Shown piece after piece: positions 27,251 through 40,730 of a stretch of 64,000 nucleotides of DNA; within the stretch, counting starts at the first letter, position 1, and every line of letters starts with the position of its first letter. The position numbers and the translations under genes were made by a program. The notes under the pieces were generated by a model. The model saw only the letters and a list, made by a program, of their open reading frames with translations, was not told where the DNA came from and made no database searches. Origin of the DNA: the human T2T-CHM13v2.0 reference genome, Homo sapiens. The stretch lies in assembly GCF_009914755.1 (NCBI RefSeq), contig NC_060926.1. One strand, given 5' to 3'.

Positions 27251-27849
27251 GTATTTTATCTGTTTATGACTAAATTACAAACACATTCCATTTATTATTT
27301 AGATCTTAACCCCTTTGGGGATGTAATACATGTATCCTAGAATTTCAAATCCTGTCCTCTTAAGTGTTCACAATGGAGATGTTGGTATTTTAGAAGACTA
27401 ACAGCAACTTTCTCTTCTGCTTCCAAGCTCTGAAACATTGAGTAAAGAATTCCAGAGACAGACAGATGGGAATTAAGCTACAAGGCACACTAGCAGAGCT
27501 GAACTGGATCAGTGGCCAAAACATTTCGCTATTTTAATACCCACCTGTGCAGACTCACCTCATCACTCACAGACATAACTGCCTCATAAGCTTGCCATAC
27601 AGCGATGCAGACGGTGTATAGAGGTTGTTCAGAAAACACAGAAGAAAGGAAGCATTCACTCCCTAGTTCACCCACAGGCTCAATGACTCCTCAAAGAGGA
27701 GACCTGTCAAAGAGGGTGGAAGGGAGAGCAGAAGAAGTTTCAGATGCTTCCCAAAATGTGGACATTCTCATCTAGTAAGGTGGAGTGGAGTGGAACCAGG
27801 ATGGCCACCTCTTTTAGGATGAAATAGGACATAAGTTCAGAGAAAGGAA

Positions 27850-27864
27850 AGCTTGCCTGGAAAG

Positions 27865-27901
<37 letters not shown>

Positions 27902-29296
27902 ACTGTTCTATTTTTATATATATATATACTATATATTTCCAGCTTGCCTGGAAAGTTATATATATATATATAACTGTTCTATTTTTATATATATATATAT
28001 TATATATATAGTAACTGTTCTATTATATATATATTATATATATTTCTGTTCTATTATATATTATATATATTATATTATATATTATATGTAATATATTATA
28101 TATATTATAAGTAATATATTATATATATTATATGTAATATATTATATATATTATAAGTAATATATTATATGTAATATATTATATATAATATGTAATATAT
28201 TATATATATTATATGCAATATGTTATATATATTATATGCAATATGTTATATATATTATATGCAATATATTATATATATTATATGCAATATATTATATATA
28301 ATATATGTAATATATTATATTATATATTATATGTAATATATATTATATGTAATATATTATATATATTATATGTAATATCTTATATATATTATATGTAATA
28401 TATTATATATTATATGTAATATATTATCTTATATATATTATATGTAATATATTACATACATATATTATATGTATTATATGTAATATATTATATGTATTAT
28501 ATGTAATATATTATATGTATTATATGTATTATATGTAATATATTATATGTATTATATGTAATATATTATATATTATATGTAATTATATTATATGTAATAT
28601 ATTATATTATATATTATATATATTATATGTAATATATTATATTATATATTATATATATTATATGTAATATATTATATAATATATTATATATATTATATGT
28701 AATATATTATATTATATATTATATATATTATATGTAATATATTATATTATATATTATATATATTATATGTAATATATTATATTATATATTATATATATTA
28801 TATGTAATATATTATATTATATATTATATATATTATATGTAATATATTATATTATATATTATATATATTATATGTAATATATTATATTATATATTATATA
28901 TATTATATGTAATATATTATATTATATATTATATATATTATATGTAATATATTATATTATATATTATATTATATATATTATATGTAATATATTATATTAT
29001 ATATTATATTATATATATTATATGTAATATATTTTATATTATATTATTTATTATATATTATATATTATATGTAATATATTATATTATTTATTATATATAT
29101 TATATGTAATATATTATATTATTTATTATATATAATATATTATATTATTTATTATATATAATATATTATATTATATATATTATATTATATATATTTCTGT
29201 TCTAATATATATATTTCTATATATAATATATAGAAATATATTCTATATATTTCCAGCTTGCCTAGAAAGTTATATATATATATAACTGTTCTATTT
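27850..29296. repeat. compound AT-rich minisatellite/VNTR
   Basis: Three copies of 'agcttgcct(g/a)gaaagtta(ta)n..aactgttctattt' at 27850, 27941 and 29255; a 35-bp unit repeated ten times at 28594-28943. Confidence 0.97.
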
Positions 29297-29300
29297 CCCT

Positions 29301-29717
29301 TGTGAAAGAAAATGATCAAAAGATCTTGGGCCCCCAAAATCACTAAGCTAAAGGGAAAATTCAAGCTGGGACCTGCTTAGGGCAAACCTGCCTCCCATTC
29401 TCTTCAGTCATCTCTCTGCTCACTGGGATAAATGCATATCTCGTTGCCTTCTTTGGAAAGGTTAATCAGAAATTCAAAAGAATGCAACTGTTTGACTCTC
29501 ACCTACCTGTGACCTGGACCAAACCAATGTTCATTTTACATATATTGATTGATGTCTCATGTCTCCCTAAAATGTATAAAACCAAGCTGTGCTCTGACCA
29601 CCTCAGGCACACATCGTCAGGACCTCCTGAGGCTATGTCCTGGTCATGCGTCCTCAGCCTTGGCAAAAGGAACGTTCTAAATTAACTGAGACCTATCTCA
29701 CGTTGTCGAGGTTCACA
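29301..29717 (+). mobile_element. MER4A1-like (ERV1) solo LTR
   Basis: 'tgtgaaag...cccccaaaatcactaagctaaagggaaaattcaagctggg...gttcaca'; perfect 4-bp TSD ccct. Confidence 0.93.
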
Positions 29718-29721
29718 CCCT

Positions 29722-30300
29722 CCACAGAAGTAACCCCCTCCACAGTCGTGAAGATGATCTTCTCCATCTAAATTATTTACTTTTACTATATATGTACATA
29801 CTCATAAACTATATATAACATTATTTATGTATTTTTTTAGCACACACTATAAGCCACTTTTATATATATATTTATATATGTATATATAATATATATTTGT
29901 ATATAGAAATATATATATGTTTGTTTAAAAAATTTGTAACACTAATTAATGCATTTTTTCACTCAATATTTTAAGATTTATCCACATCCATACCAATCTA
30001 TGTAGTTCATGAATGTTAACACTGTATACTATTTTACTGTGTGACTATACTGTATACCTATTGACAGGCATTTGAGTAGTTTTCTCACTGCCACAATCAA
30101 CGACCTTTACACATTTTTAATATCCACTTGCAAGGGAGTTTCATGGGATTATATCCAATTCCAGAGCAGAATTGCTGGTGCGTAGATAATGTGCATCCTC
30201 AACTTTAGGATTTGTTTGTCAAGTTACCCCCCAAAGGTGGTGGTATTAATTTACACGCCCTCCATCGGTATGTGAGTTCCCACTTCGTTACATTCTTACC
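29722..30300 (-). mobile_element. L1ME-type 3' fragment with (TA)n patch
   Basis: 'agagcagaattgctgg' and 'taatttacacgccctccatcggtatgtgagttccc'. Confidence 0.6.
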
Positions 30301-30537
30301 TCAGAATTAGACAGACTCACCAGTCCTGTTCCAGGCAGCACCGGACTGAGCAACTACTGTGAAAAGAGGTCTGGCCTCAGGTAAGGCCAGGTCCGGCCCA
30401 GGTAAGCCTTCCCTGGGCAGTTGGCTTCAGTGAGGAAGAAGAAAGAGCTAAGCATATCCAGCATATCTTAGCATATCTTATCGAGCACATCCAGCTGCTT
30501 TTTCTATATTTGCTAGCCAGAGAAATCACTCCCGAGG

Positions 30538-31108
30538 TGTGATAGTTAATGCTATGCATCAGCTTGACTGGGTTAAGGGATGCCAAGGTAACAGTGAAAC
30601 ATTATTTCTGGGTGTTTCTATGAGGGTATTTCTGGAAGAGATTAGCATTTGAATCAGTGGACTGAGTGAAGAAGATTGCCATCACCAATATGTGCAGGCA
30701 GCATCTAATCCCCTGAGGGATTTGCCTTGGAGGTGAAAGCAATTCTCTTTCTCTCTCTTCTTGAGCTGGGACATTTATCTTCTCCTTCTCTCAGACATCA
30801 GAACTCATGACTCTCAGGCCTTTGGACTTAGGACTTACACAAGTGCTCACTTTTTCCCCTCCATTCCACCCTGGTTTTGAGGTTTTCCTCCTCAAACTGG
30901 CACTTACACCATGGGCTCCCCCAGTTCTCAGGCCTCCAGACTGAGACTGAATTATACCACTGAGTTTTCTGGGCTTCCAGCTTACAGACGTCATATTGTG
31001 AGACTTCTCATCCATGATAATCCCATGAGCCAATTCTCATAATAAATGTCCTCTCATCTATATAGACCATAGTGGTTCTTTTACCCTAGAGAACCTCGAC
31101 TAATATGC
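30538..31108 (+). mobile_element. MLT2B (ERVL) solo LTR
   Basis: 'cttgactgggttaagggatgcc', 'gaagagattagcatttgaatcagtggactgagt'; TSD cgagg/caagg. Confidence 0.92.
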
Positions 31109-31232
31109 CAAGGGAAATATGAGTTAGAGGGAGGATAAAGGCCAGTGTTGGGTCATATCAATGACATTTGTACACCTGAAAGGAAACATCAGGTATGGGA
31201 GGAAGACATCTTCTCGCTCCCAGCTTGGCGTG

Positions 31233-31611
31233 TGTATGAGTTCATTCTCACACTGCTATGAGATTGGGTAATTTATGGAGAAAAGAGGTCTGATTGACTG
31301 ACATTTCCACACGCTGTACAAGAGGCAAGGATGAGGAGGCCTCAGGAAACTTACAATCATCATGGCAGAAGGTGAAGGGAAAGCAGGGACAATCTTCTCA
31401 TGGTGGAAGAGGAGAGAGAGAAAGAGCAAAGGGGGAAGTTCCACACACTTTTAAACAACCAGGTCTTGTGAGAACCCACTCACTACCATGAGAACAGCAA
31501 GAGGGAAATCTACCCCCACGATCTAATCACCTCCCCCCAGATCATTCTCCCAACATTGGGATTTCAATTCAACCTGAGATTTGGGTGGAGCCACAGAGTC
31601 AAACCGTATCC
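31233..31611 (-). mobile_element. THE1D-like MaLR solo LTR
   Basis: 'gaggcctcaggaaacttacaatcat', 'gagatttgggtggagccacagagtcaaacc'; TSD gcgtg/gcatg. Confidence 0.92.
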
Positions 31612-31659
31612 GCATGCTTCTTCAAACTGAAGGTTTTTATCTTCCTCCAGAACCAAAAC

Positions 31660-31880
31660 ATTCTTAGACATGTTGATATTGCCTATCCTATTATCTTTAT
31701 CTTCTTCTGACACACAGAGCATGTCAAACCTGTTATTTTATTCTCCATGCTTCTTAATTTCGCACTCATATTTTCCCTCATCTCTTTCTGTGCTGCATGC
31801 TGGTAATTTCCTCAGCTCTATTGTGCAGTTCATTAATTTTCTCTACTACTGTAACCCACACATGAAATTGTAATCAGTCA
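31660..31880 (-). mobile_element. old L1M/HAL1 ORF1 fragment
   Basis: 'ctttctgtgctgcatgctggtaatttcctcagctcta...cagttcattaattttctct'. Confidence 0.45.
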
Positions 31881-31920
31881 GTGGCAAGTATATCATGAAC
31901 TTATTGAGGGATGGGCAAGG

Positions 31921-32100
31921 CAGTGGCTCTCATTCCTAACTGTACATAGATAGAATCTCTTGAGGAGCTTTAAAAATCCTGATGTCAAGGCTTCATCCCA
32001 GACAATGAAATCAGCATCTCTGAGAATGAGGACCCAGACAACAGTAGTTTTAAAAGCTCTGCAGGTGCTTTCAATGGTTAGCCAATGGTGAGGATGACTG
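31921..32100. mobile_element. MER5 (hAT-Charlie) MITE
   Basis: Termini cagtggctctca / tgaggatgactg; core 'aaatcagcatctctg'. Confidence 0.8.
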
Positions 32101-32524
32101 TTGGACAAAAGGAAAGAAGGAAGCTTTAGTTCCACATCTTCACTGGCAGGTGACCCATATGTGGGGCCTAATTACAAATAAGATGAAAGAGCAAAATCCA
32201 GGGTGTTGAGCTCTTAAACTTTTAAAGGATTATAACAAACTTCAAATGTTTTTATAGTGTACTTTAGCATGTAAATGAAAAAAAAACATAGTTTTCAAGA
32301 AAAATGTATTTATAATTTGGATTTATTTTTGTGTCTGTATTTCCAAAAGTAAAAGTTCTGAACTGAAAACTGTTATGTTAAAATGTTTTTCCTTTAACTA
32401 AGTGGATGATGACTTTCTGCTATATTAGAGTAGGTTCTAGATACTTGAAGGGAAGGTTTAGGGAAATAAAAATGATAGTGGCGGTAGGTTTTGATTATCT
32501 TCTGTGTGCTTGAAGCTTTATGTG

Positions 32525-32851
32525 TGTTCTAGTCTGTTAGGACTGCTACAACAAAATACCATAAACTGTATGGCCCACAAACAACAGAAGTCTATTTCTC
32601 ACAGTTTTGGGGGATGGGAAGACCAAGATAAAGGCACTGGTAAATTTGGTGTCTCGTGAGTGATATCTTCTTGCTGTGGGGCCAGGCAGCTCTCTGGGGC
32701 CTCTTTATAAGGGGGCTATTTATGAGAGCTCTACCCTAATGATCTAATCATCTCCCAAAGGCCACATCTACATCATCACATCAGTGATTAGGGTTTCAAC
32801 ATACAAATATTTTTTGAGGTCAAGGGAAGCACATACATTCAAACCACAGCA
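32525..32851 (-). mobile_element. MLT1A0-like MaLR LTR
   Basis: 'ctgctacaacaaaataccataaactg', 'ctaatcatctcccaaaggccac', 'acattcaaaccacagca'. Confidence 0.85.
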
Positions 32852-32884
32852 CTATTTTCTTTTAATTTTTTCAAGAAATTGACT

Positions 32885-33010
32885 AGTATTATTTTCCTGC
32901 TTTACAGCTGAAGAAACAAACATGGAAAGGTTCATTTCATTGTCCAGGTTTTCATAGCTCATAAAGGGCAGAGCTGAGACTATAAATCCAACCTTTCTAA
33001 CTCTAAAGCT
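32885..33010 (-). mobile_element. MIR SINE
   Basis: 'tttacagctgaagaaacaa...ggcagagctgagact'. Confidence 0.6.
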
Positions 33011-33229
33011 ATCCTCTCCCCTTCCATTCTTGCCAGTTGGTTATTGCTTATTTGTAAGGACAAGCATTATTCACAGTTTATTTTACTTCCCAGAGAACAC
33101 CTGCTGTTAGTTTCCTGAGGTTTTCTTTGGCAGCCAAAGTCAGTTCTCTTTGGGCAATTGCATTCACAGGTGTCTCCCTACTCTAGAGATTTTTGTACAC
33201 CTGGCCATAAATATTCTCTAATTTTAAAC

Positions 33230-33322
33230 ATTCTATAATCCGTAATTCTCTATCCTAAATCCATGGCATAGTGACTGGCATAGAGAAAGTACTCAACAAA
33301 TATTTATTGAACAAATAAATGT
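33230..33322 (+). mobile_element. L2 3' end
   Basis: 'ggcatagtgactggcatagagaaagtactcaacaaatatttattgaa'. Confidence 0.65.
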
Positions 33323-33399
33323 GATGAACAGGGCATGAGCAAAATCAGAAATTAATCCTTTAGGGACTTGTGCTGGGTAAGAGAGCCTGACTTTGGAAT

Positions 33400-33600
33400 G
33401 AATGCAGTATAGAATAATAAGAAAAACACGAACCTTGACAATCTTGGTTTAAATTGACATTTTGTACTTATAAACTTAGTAAATGCAAGTTTTTAAACTT
33501 TTTGAACTTGGGTTACCTTGTCTGTAAATTGGAATTAATAATGATAACCTCTTAGGATTGTTTTATAGACAAAAAAACTAACATATGGAGACGGTCCAAA
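33400..33600 (+). mobile_element. MIR SINE
   Basis: 'ccttgtctgtaaattggaattaataatgataacctcttaggattg'. Confidence 0.55.
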
Positions 33601-34037
33601 ACAAATAACTTCTCAAAATATGGTCCCTACTTTCACTGTGTGTGTTTTATCTTATGAAGTTTATAAATATCCACAGTGTGATGATTTTTAAGGAAACTGG
33701 AAGAAAATGCATGCATTTTCCACAGAGATTTCGAGCACAACTTCTGGATGTTCTTTTAATAGCATTGAGTGCACTGGGACTCACAAGCCAATACATTAAT
33801 AAAATATTTCAACAATGTATATATTGCATAGCCAGCTTCTAATGGTTTAGTTTTAATTTTATACATTTATATTAAAAAGAAACTAAATGTAACTCTGGAT
33901 TAAAATTACTCCTGTTGTTCAGAATAGGCTAATTTTGTGCTTTTTTCAGAAGAATGATGCTTTTTATTGTTTTATTTATTTTCCTAATAAAACATCTGAC
34001 TAGGTTTTCATAAAATGTTGTAAGACAAATACTTTGA

Positions 34038-34407
<370 letters not shown>

Positions 34408-34999
34408 GAGGTCCAAGTTTTTAATGCTACTCGTGAATCAGAGAAGTAATTTGTAGGTTGCCTCAATGGATTTGCACAAAAAAAGACTGACATTTCAACT
34501 GCATTCTGAACACATTCCTGTTTAAGGCCATAGAGAGTTTTTATTTTATCTTTGGAGAAGCTCCACCTTGCCACATTCTATTATTTCAGTAACAGATGTT
34601 TCTAGCCAACCCATTGAGTCATCACATGGTCTTTTTGTAAATTTGACATTCATCACGATGTGAATCTTCTCAAGTTATCGTTTATAATGCCAACCTCGAG
34701 TGAGCATACTTTTACTGCCCTGCTTTTAGCTGCCATTTGAAACCATGTGGGCTCCAATTAGAGAGCCAACTAAACCACTAGGAAAACACTATGATTTTAA
34801 GTAGGTTTTCTGGAAAGGCAAGTCTTCTTACCCTGCATTTACTGGCAGTTTTATATTATTATCTCATAGGGAGGAACAATGGGGCTGATGAAATATGTCT
34901 ACTTTAATGGATAATTTCCTCTTTGTAAAACATTTGGCTGAATTTCAGTGTGTAATGGGAACCAAATACTAACTTGATTTTCTATGTTTAAGGACAGTA

Positions 35000-36900
35000 T
35001 GTAAGTTCCTTACATGAGAATTTATGCTTTTTCACATTTCCTACAAAATGGAAAACAAATTGTTTTCCAAAATGTTGTATCAATGACAGTTTCCACAGAA
35101 TATGTGTTCTAGTTATTCCATACCCATGTGAACATTTTAATCTTGTCAGGTTTCTAAGATTTTGCGAATCTAATGAATGTAAAAGAGCAGCATCTCATTG
35201 TGGCCATAATTTGTATTTCTAAAGATCATTAATGAGTTGATCTTTTCATGTCAGCCATGTGTATTTGTTCTTTTATATAATACTTTATTAATATCTTTTG
35301 TGCATTTTTCTGTTATACAACCCAATATCCTATTTTCATGTATTGAATAAGTACCACTTTTTCTAATGATCTTCAATGATTTTTTTGTTCATAATTCCTG
35401 TTTCTAGGTTCTCTGTTCAATTCATCAATGTATGGATACCTGAAAAAATAGCGATATTAATTTTTATGGCTTTATAATAAGTTTTTACATCTTCTAGAAT
35501 ATGCCTAATTTTTTTTCTTTAGGAATGTTTTGGACCTATTTTTGCCCTTTGCTTTTCCAAATTAATTCTGGAATAATTTTGTCAAATTTCACAAAAAGTG
35601 CTACTGGAATTTTTATTGAAATTATATTGGGTGTTTAGATCAACTTGGGGAGAACTGAAAAATGATTCTATTTAATGAAATTAGATCTATATTATGTAGG
35701 CCTTTGAAATATATTTAAATAAATTTACATGACTTTCTTTGTATCAGTGATATGTATCTTTAGATGAAATCTGATATATTCTAGTGGTTTTTTATAACAA
35801 ATGTTACATTTTTTAAATTTGTTTGTTGCTGGCTTTTATAAGATTATTTTTTGTATAGACATCTTCTGTTCAGCTGCCTATCTAAATTATCCTTATCATT
35901 TTAACAATTTGTAGATTTTGGGGGTGGAGATTTTAGGTAGACAGTCATATCATTTGCATATTAAGACAGTTTAATTAGCTTCTAATTGGCATTTTCCAGT
36001 GTTTATGCTTTTTGTTGGAAGATTTAATTTATCTACCTGTGAATATTATATTCCTGTACATGCAGATTTACATTTTTCATTAGTTTAGAATATTTGAATT
36101 CTTTGTCTTTTCAAATATTGTCTCTCTTTTCTTCTTATGAAACTCTGATTAGATATACACATCCTATTCTCATTCTATCCTTCATATCTTTTAAGGTTTG
36201 TACACATTTGCCATTTTCTGAACTTTGTGTGTGATGCGTTCCGTGCAATTTTTGATATGTCTTCTATATCTTCTAGTTCACTAAATGTTTCATCTATCTC
36301 TAAACTACTATTAACCATCTATTGAATTTTTAAAATTCAAAATTGCATACTTGTGGTTTCCCTAAATATTCTATTTTAAAATCATGCTTCCTACTTATTC
36401 TTGATGATCTGTGTTGCATGCTCATCGAGACTGATTCCTTTATTTCTGTAATACTTGTAATACTGTTTACTTGTAATACTGTAATAGCTGTTTGCTATTT
36501 TGTATTTGGCATTTCCAATATCTGGGATCTCTGAAGAACTAAGAATATCATTCTATATTTCTGTTGACTCTCATGCATAGTAGATCACCTTCTTTCGTAC
36601 TGGTCAATCCTTATGGACTCATTGCTTAGACTTCATTCATGAAAGATCTATATGGTAAAACTAGGATAGCTTTTCTCTAAAGATGGATTGCCTCTGCTTT
36701 GCCAGTTGCCATGGTTCACAAATAGGAACCTCTTTCTATCTTTTTTTCCCTATCGGCATTTAGTGTGGAAATCTCATGCTCAGGTTCCTTAATCCCTAAA
36801 GGCTCAGGGATTGAGCTACTATTGGTGTCTTCCTTCAGGACAACTGTCCTGCCCTGGTTGTTCACCACTCAGTCCCAACTCTTTACTCTGACTCCAGGTA
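35000..36900 (-). mobile_element. highly diverged L1ME/HAL1-type fragments
   Basis: T-rich strand with 'catctcattgtgg', 'gatcaacttggggagaactga' and ORF1-like antisense after ~36050. Confidence 0.55.
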
Positions 36901-37129
36901 ACACTTTTTTAAAAAAAAAAAACTGGGCACGATGAAGTAAGGGGTTTGAAGAATGTTCCTACTTCTTCTGAGACTGTGAAGTTCTTATATTTTCTGCCAA
37001 ATGTGGTCTCTCTATTGAGTCACAATGCTGAACACAAAACATCCATGTAACAATTATTTGACCAAGTTTTTGAGAGTTTTTTTCCACATTACAGTAAACA
37101 CAAGTGTGTTTGGAAGGCTATATTACAGA

Positions 37130-37390
37130 ATAATAATAAATTATAGAATAACATTTATTGCATATTTTCTATATGCCAGCCACTATCCTATACCCTTTAC
37201 ATTATAGTTAATTTTTCCAACAAACCTATAAGCAAAAGTCTATTAATATAATACCCACTTTAATAAAATGTGGAAATTGATACACAATAACATTAAGCAT
37301 CTTGTCCAAGGTAGCATCTCGTCCAAGGTAGCATCTCTAGTAAATGAGGAAGTCGTGGCTTTAACCAGGGTAATCTGACTCCAGAGATAT
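37130..37390 (-). mobile_element. MIR SINE with a 17-bp tandem duplication
   Basis: 'aacatttattg...cccactttaataaaatgtggaaattga...tctgactccagag'; gtccaaggtagcatctc occurs twice. Confidence 0.75.
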
Positions 37391-37816
37391 GTTTCTTTAA
37401 ACAATGTAATATAAATACATCAAGGAAGCCCAATGTCATGGAATTCTGCCAAGAAGGGGGCACCAGCCTAGAACTCGGGGGCATCTCCAAATGTTGGCTT
37501 TTCAATGGCTCGCACCCAGGGTTCTGTCCATGGTAGTTTCGGGTGATGGATGTTTGGAGCCCCTTGTGATTCCAGTCCGTGGATGAAGGCCAGTCTTCCA
37601 TTCCTGCTGGTAACCTCGGTATCTCTCAAGGGTTCACTCAGAGGCTCTCTTACTGGCTTGTGTGAGGCTGACAAAACAACATGATGTATGTGGCCATTTA
37701 CCAAACAGTAAAAACTTGGTGGGTATAACAGGGAAAGTCTTTCTTTTTTTCTTTTCACTTCTACTTTAGAAAATCAAGAATATGGACAGATTTGTGGATT
37801 ACCAGTTTCAGATCAA

Positions 37817-38261
37817 TGTATTAGTTTCTAGGACTATTGTAACAAAGTACCACAAATTGGGTATCTTAAATATATTGTCTCACAGTTCTACAGACTAGAA
37901 GTCCAAGATCAAAGTGTAATCAGGGTTGGTCCTGAGGGCAACAGAACAGGATATGTTTTATGCTTCTTTCCTAGCTTCTGGTGATTTTACGTCAACCTTT
38001 GCCTTACATGGTTTGTATAATACCACCCTATTTCTCCCTTCATCTTTACATGGCATTCTTTTATATGTGTCTGCATCTGAATTTCTCATTTTTATGATAA
38101 CACTAGTCATATTGCAATAAAGACCCACCCTACTCCAGTATGACCTCCACTTAAATACTTACATTGCAATGACCCTGTCTCCAAATAAGGTCACATTCTG
38201 AAGTATTAGGAATTAGAATTTCAACGTATGAAATTTGGGAGTCACAATTCAACCCATAACA
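37817..38261 (-). mobile_element. MLT1C-like MaLR solo LTR
   Basis: 'tgtattagtttc...ccaaataaggtcacattctga...caattcaacccataaca'; TSD atcaa/atcta. Confidence 0.9.
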
Positions 38262-38319
38262 ATCTATATACTCTTTCATTCTTATGTGTTTCTCCTGTAC
38301 TTCAACATATAAAAACAGT

Positions 38320-39013
<694 letters not shown>

Positions 39014-39066
39014 TGATATTTGAAATTACAAACCTTAGTGTGATTTGAATGTATCTATAGAAACTA

Positions 39067-39312
39067 GAGTTGGCCCTCTGTGTTCATGGGTTTCACATCT
39101 GCAGATTCAACCAACTGTGGATCAAAAATTAAAAAAAGAAAAAACACAATAAAAGTTAACAATACTGAGTAAAAAATTAATGGAAATAAAAAATAGAATA
39201 CTACAACTATTTATGTAGATTTTACATTGTATTAGGTATTATAAGTAAGCTAAACATAATTTAAAGTATACAAGAAGATGTATATAGGTCATATGCAAAT
39301 ACTATGTCATTT
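39067..39312 (-). mobile_element. MER2 (TcMar-Tigger), first part
   Basis: 'gttggccctctgtg...gattcaaccaactgtggatc...ttaggtattataagtaa...atatgcaaatactatgtcattt'. Confidence 0.88.
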
Positions 39313-39339
39313 AAAAAAATAATTTCCATGTTTATTTTA

Positions 39340-39634
<295 letters not shown>

Positions 39635-40730
39635 CAAATTTATTTTAGATTCAGGGATACATGTATAGTTTTGATACATGGGTATGTTGTATGATGCTGA
39701 AGTTTGTGGTACCCATGGTCCCATCACACAGGTATTGATCATAGTATCCAAATAGGTAGTTTTTTAGCCCTTTTCCCCCACTTCCTCACTCCTCCCTCTA
39801 GTAGTACCTAGTGTTTATTGTTCCCATCTTTATGTCCATGAGTACCCAATGTTTAGCTCCCAATTATAAATGAGAAATGTAGTATTTGGCTTTCTGTTCC
39901 TGCATTAATTTGCTTAGGATAATGACCTCCAGCTGCATCCATTTTGCTGCAAAGGGCATAATTTTTTCTCTTTAATGGCTGCATAGTATTCCATGGTGTA
40001 TTTGTTCTACATTTTGTTTATCCATTCCACCATTGATGACATTTAGGTTGATCTGATGTCTTTGCTATTGTGAAGAGAACTGTGATGAACATATATGTGC
40101 ATGTGCCTTTTTTGGTGGAATGACTTGTATTTCTTTGGGTTTGTACCCAGTATTCGAATGCTGGGTTGAGTGGTAGTTCTCTTTTTAAATTCTTTGAGAA
40201 ATCTCCAGATTGCTTTACACAGCGACTGAACTAATTTACATTCCAACAAACAGCGTATAAGCATTCCTTTTTCTGTGCAGCCTCACCAACATCTGTTATT
40301 TTTAATCTTTTAACAAAAGTCATACTGACCAGTCTAAGACTATATCTCATTGTGGTTTTGATTTGCATTTCTCTGATGATTAGTGATGTTAAGCATTTTT
40401 TTTCTAAGTTTGTTGGCCACATGTATGTCTTCTTTGAGAAGTTTCTGTTCATGTCCTTTGCCTACTTTTTAATGGGGTAAATTGACTTTTACTTGTTGAA
40501 TTGTTTAAGTTTTCTATAGATTCTGGATATTAGGCTTTTTTTAGATGCATAATTTGCAAATATTTTCTTCTATTCTGCAGTTTTTCTGTTTACTCTGTTG
40601 ATAGTTTCTTTTGCTGTGCAGAAGCTCTTCAGTTAATTAGATCTCATATATCAATTTTTGTTTCTGTTGCAATTGCTTTTGAGGACTTAGCCATAAATTA
40701 TTTGCCATGGCTGATGTCCAGAATGGTATA
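39635..40730 (-). mobile_element. L1PA15/16-like 3' segment of a 5'-inverted L1
   Basis: 3' end 'ttattttagattcagggatacatg'; ORF2 C-terminal peptide in ORF 40231-40452. Confidence 0.92.

Noticed and set aside
27850-29296. Repeat-spacer-repeat pattern superficially like CRISPR
   Set aside because: Primate context, spacers are TA low-complexity of very unequal length, no cas genes
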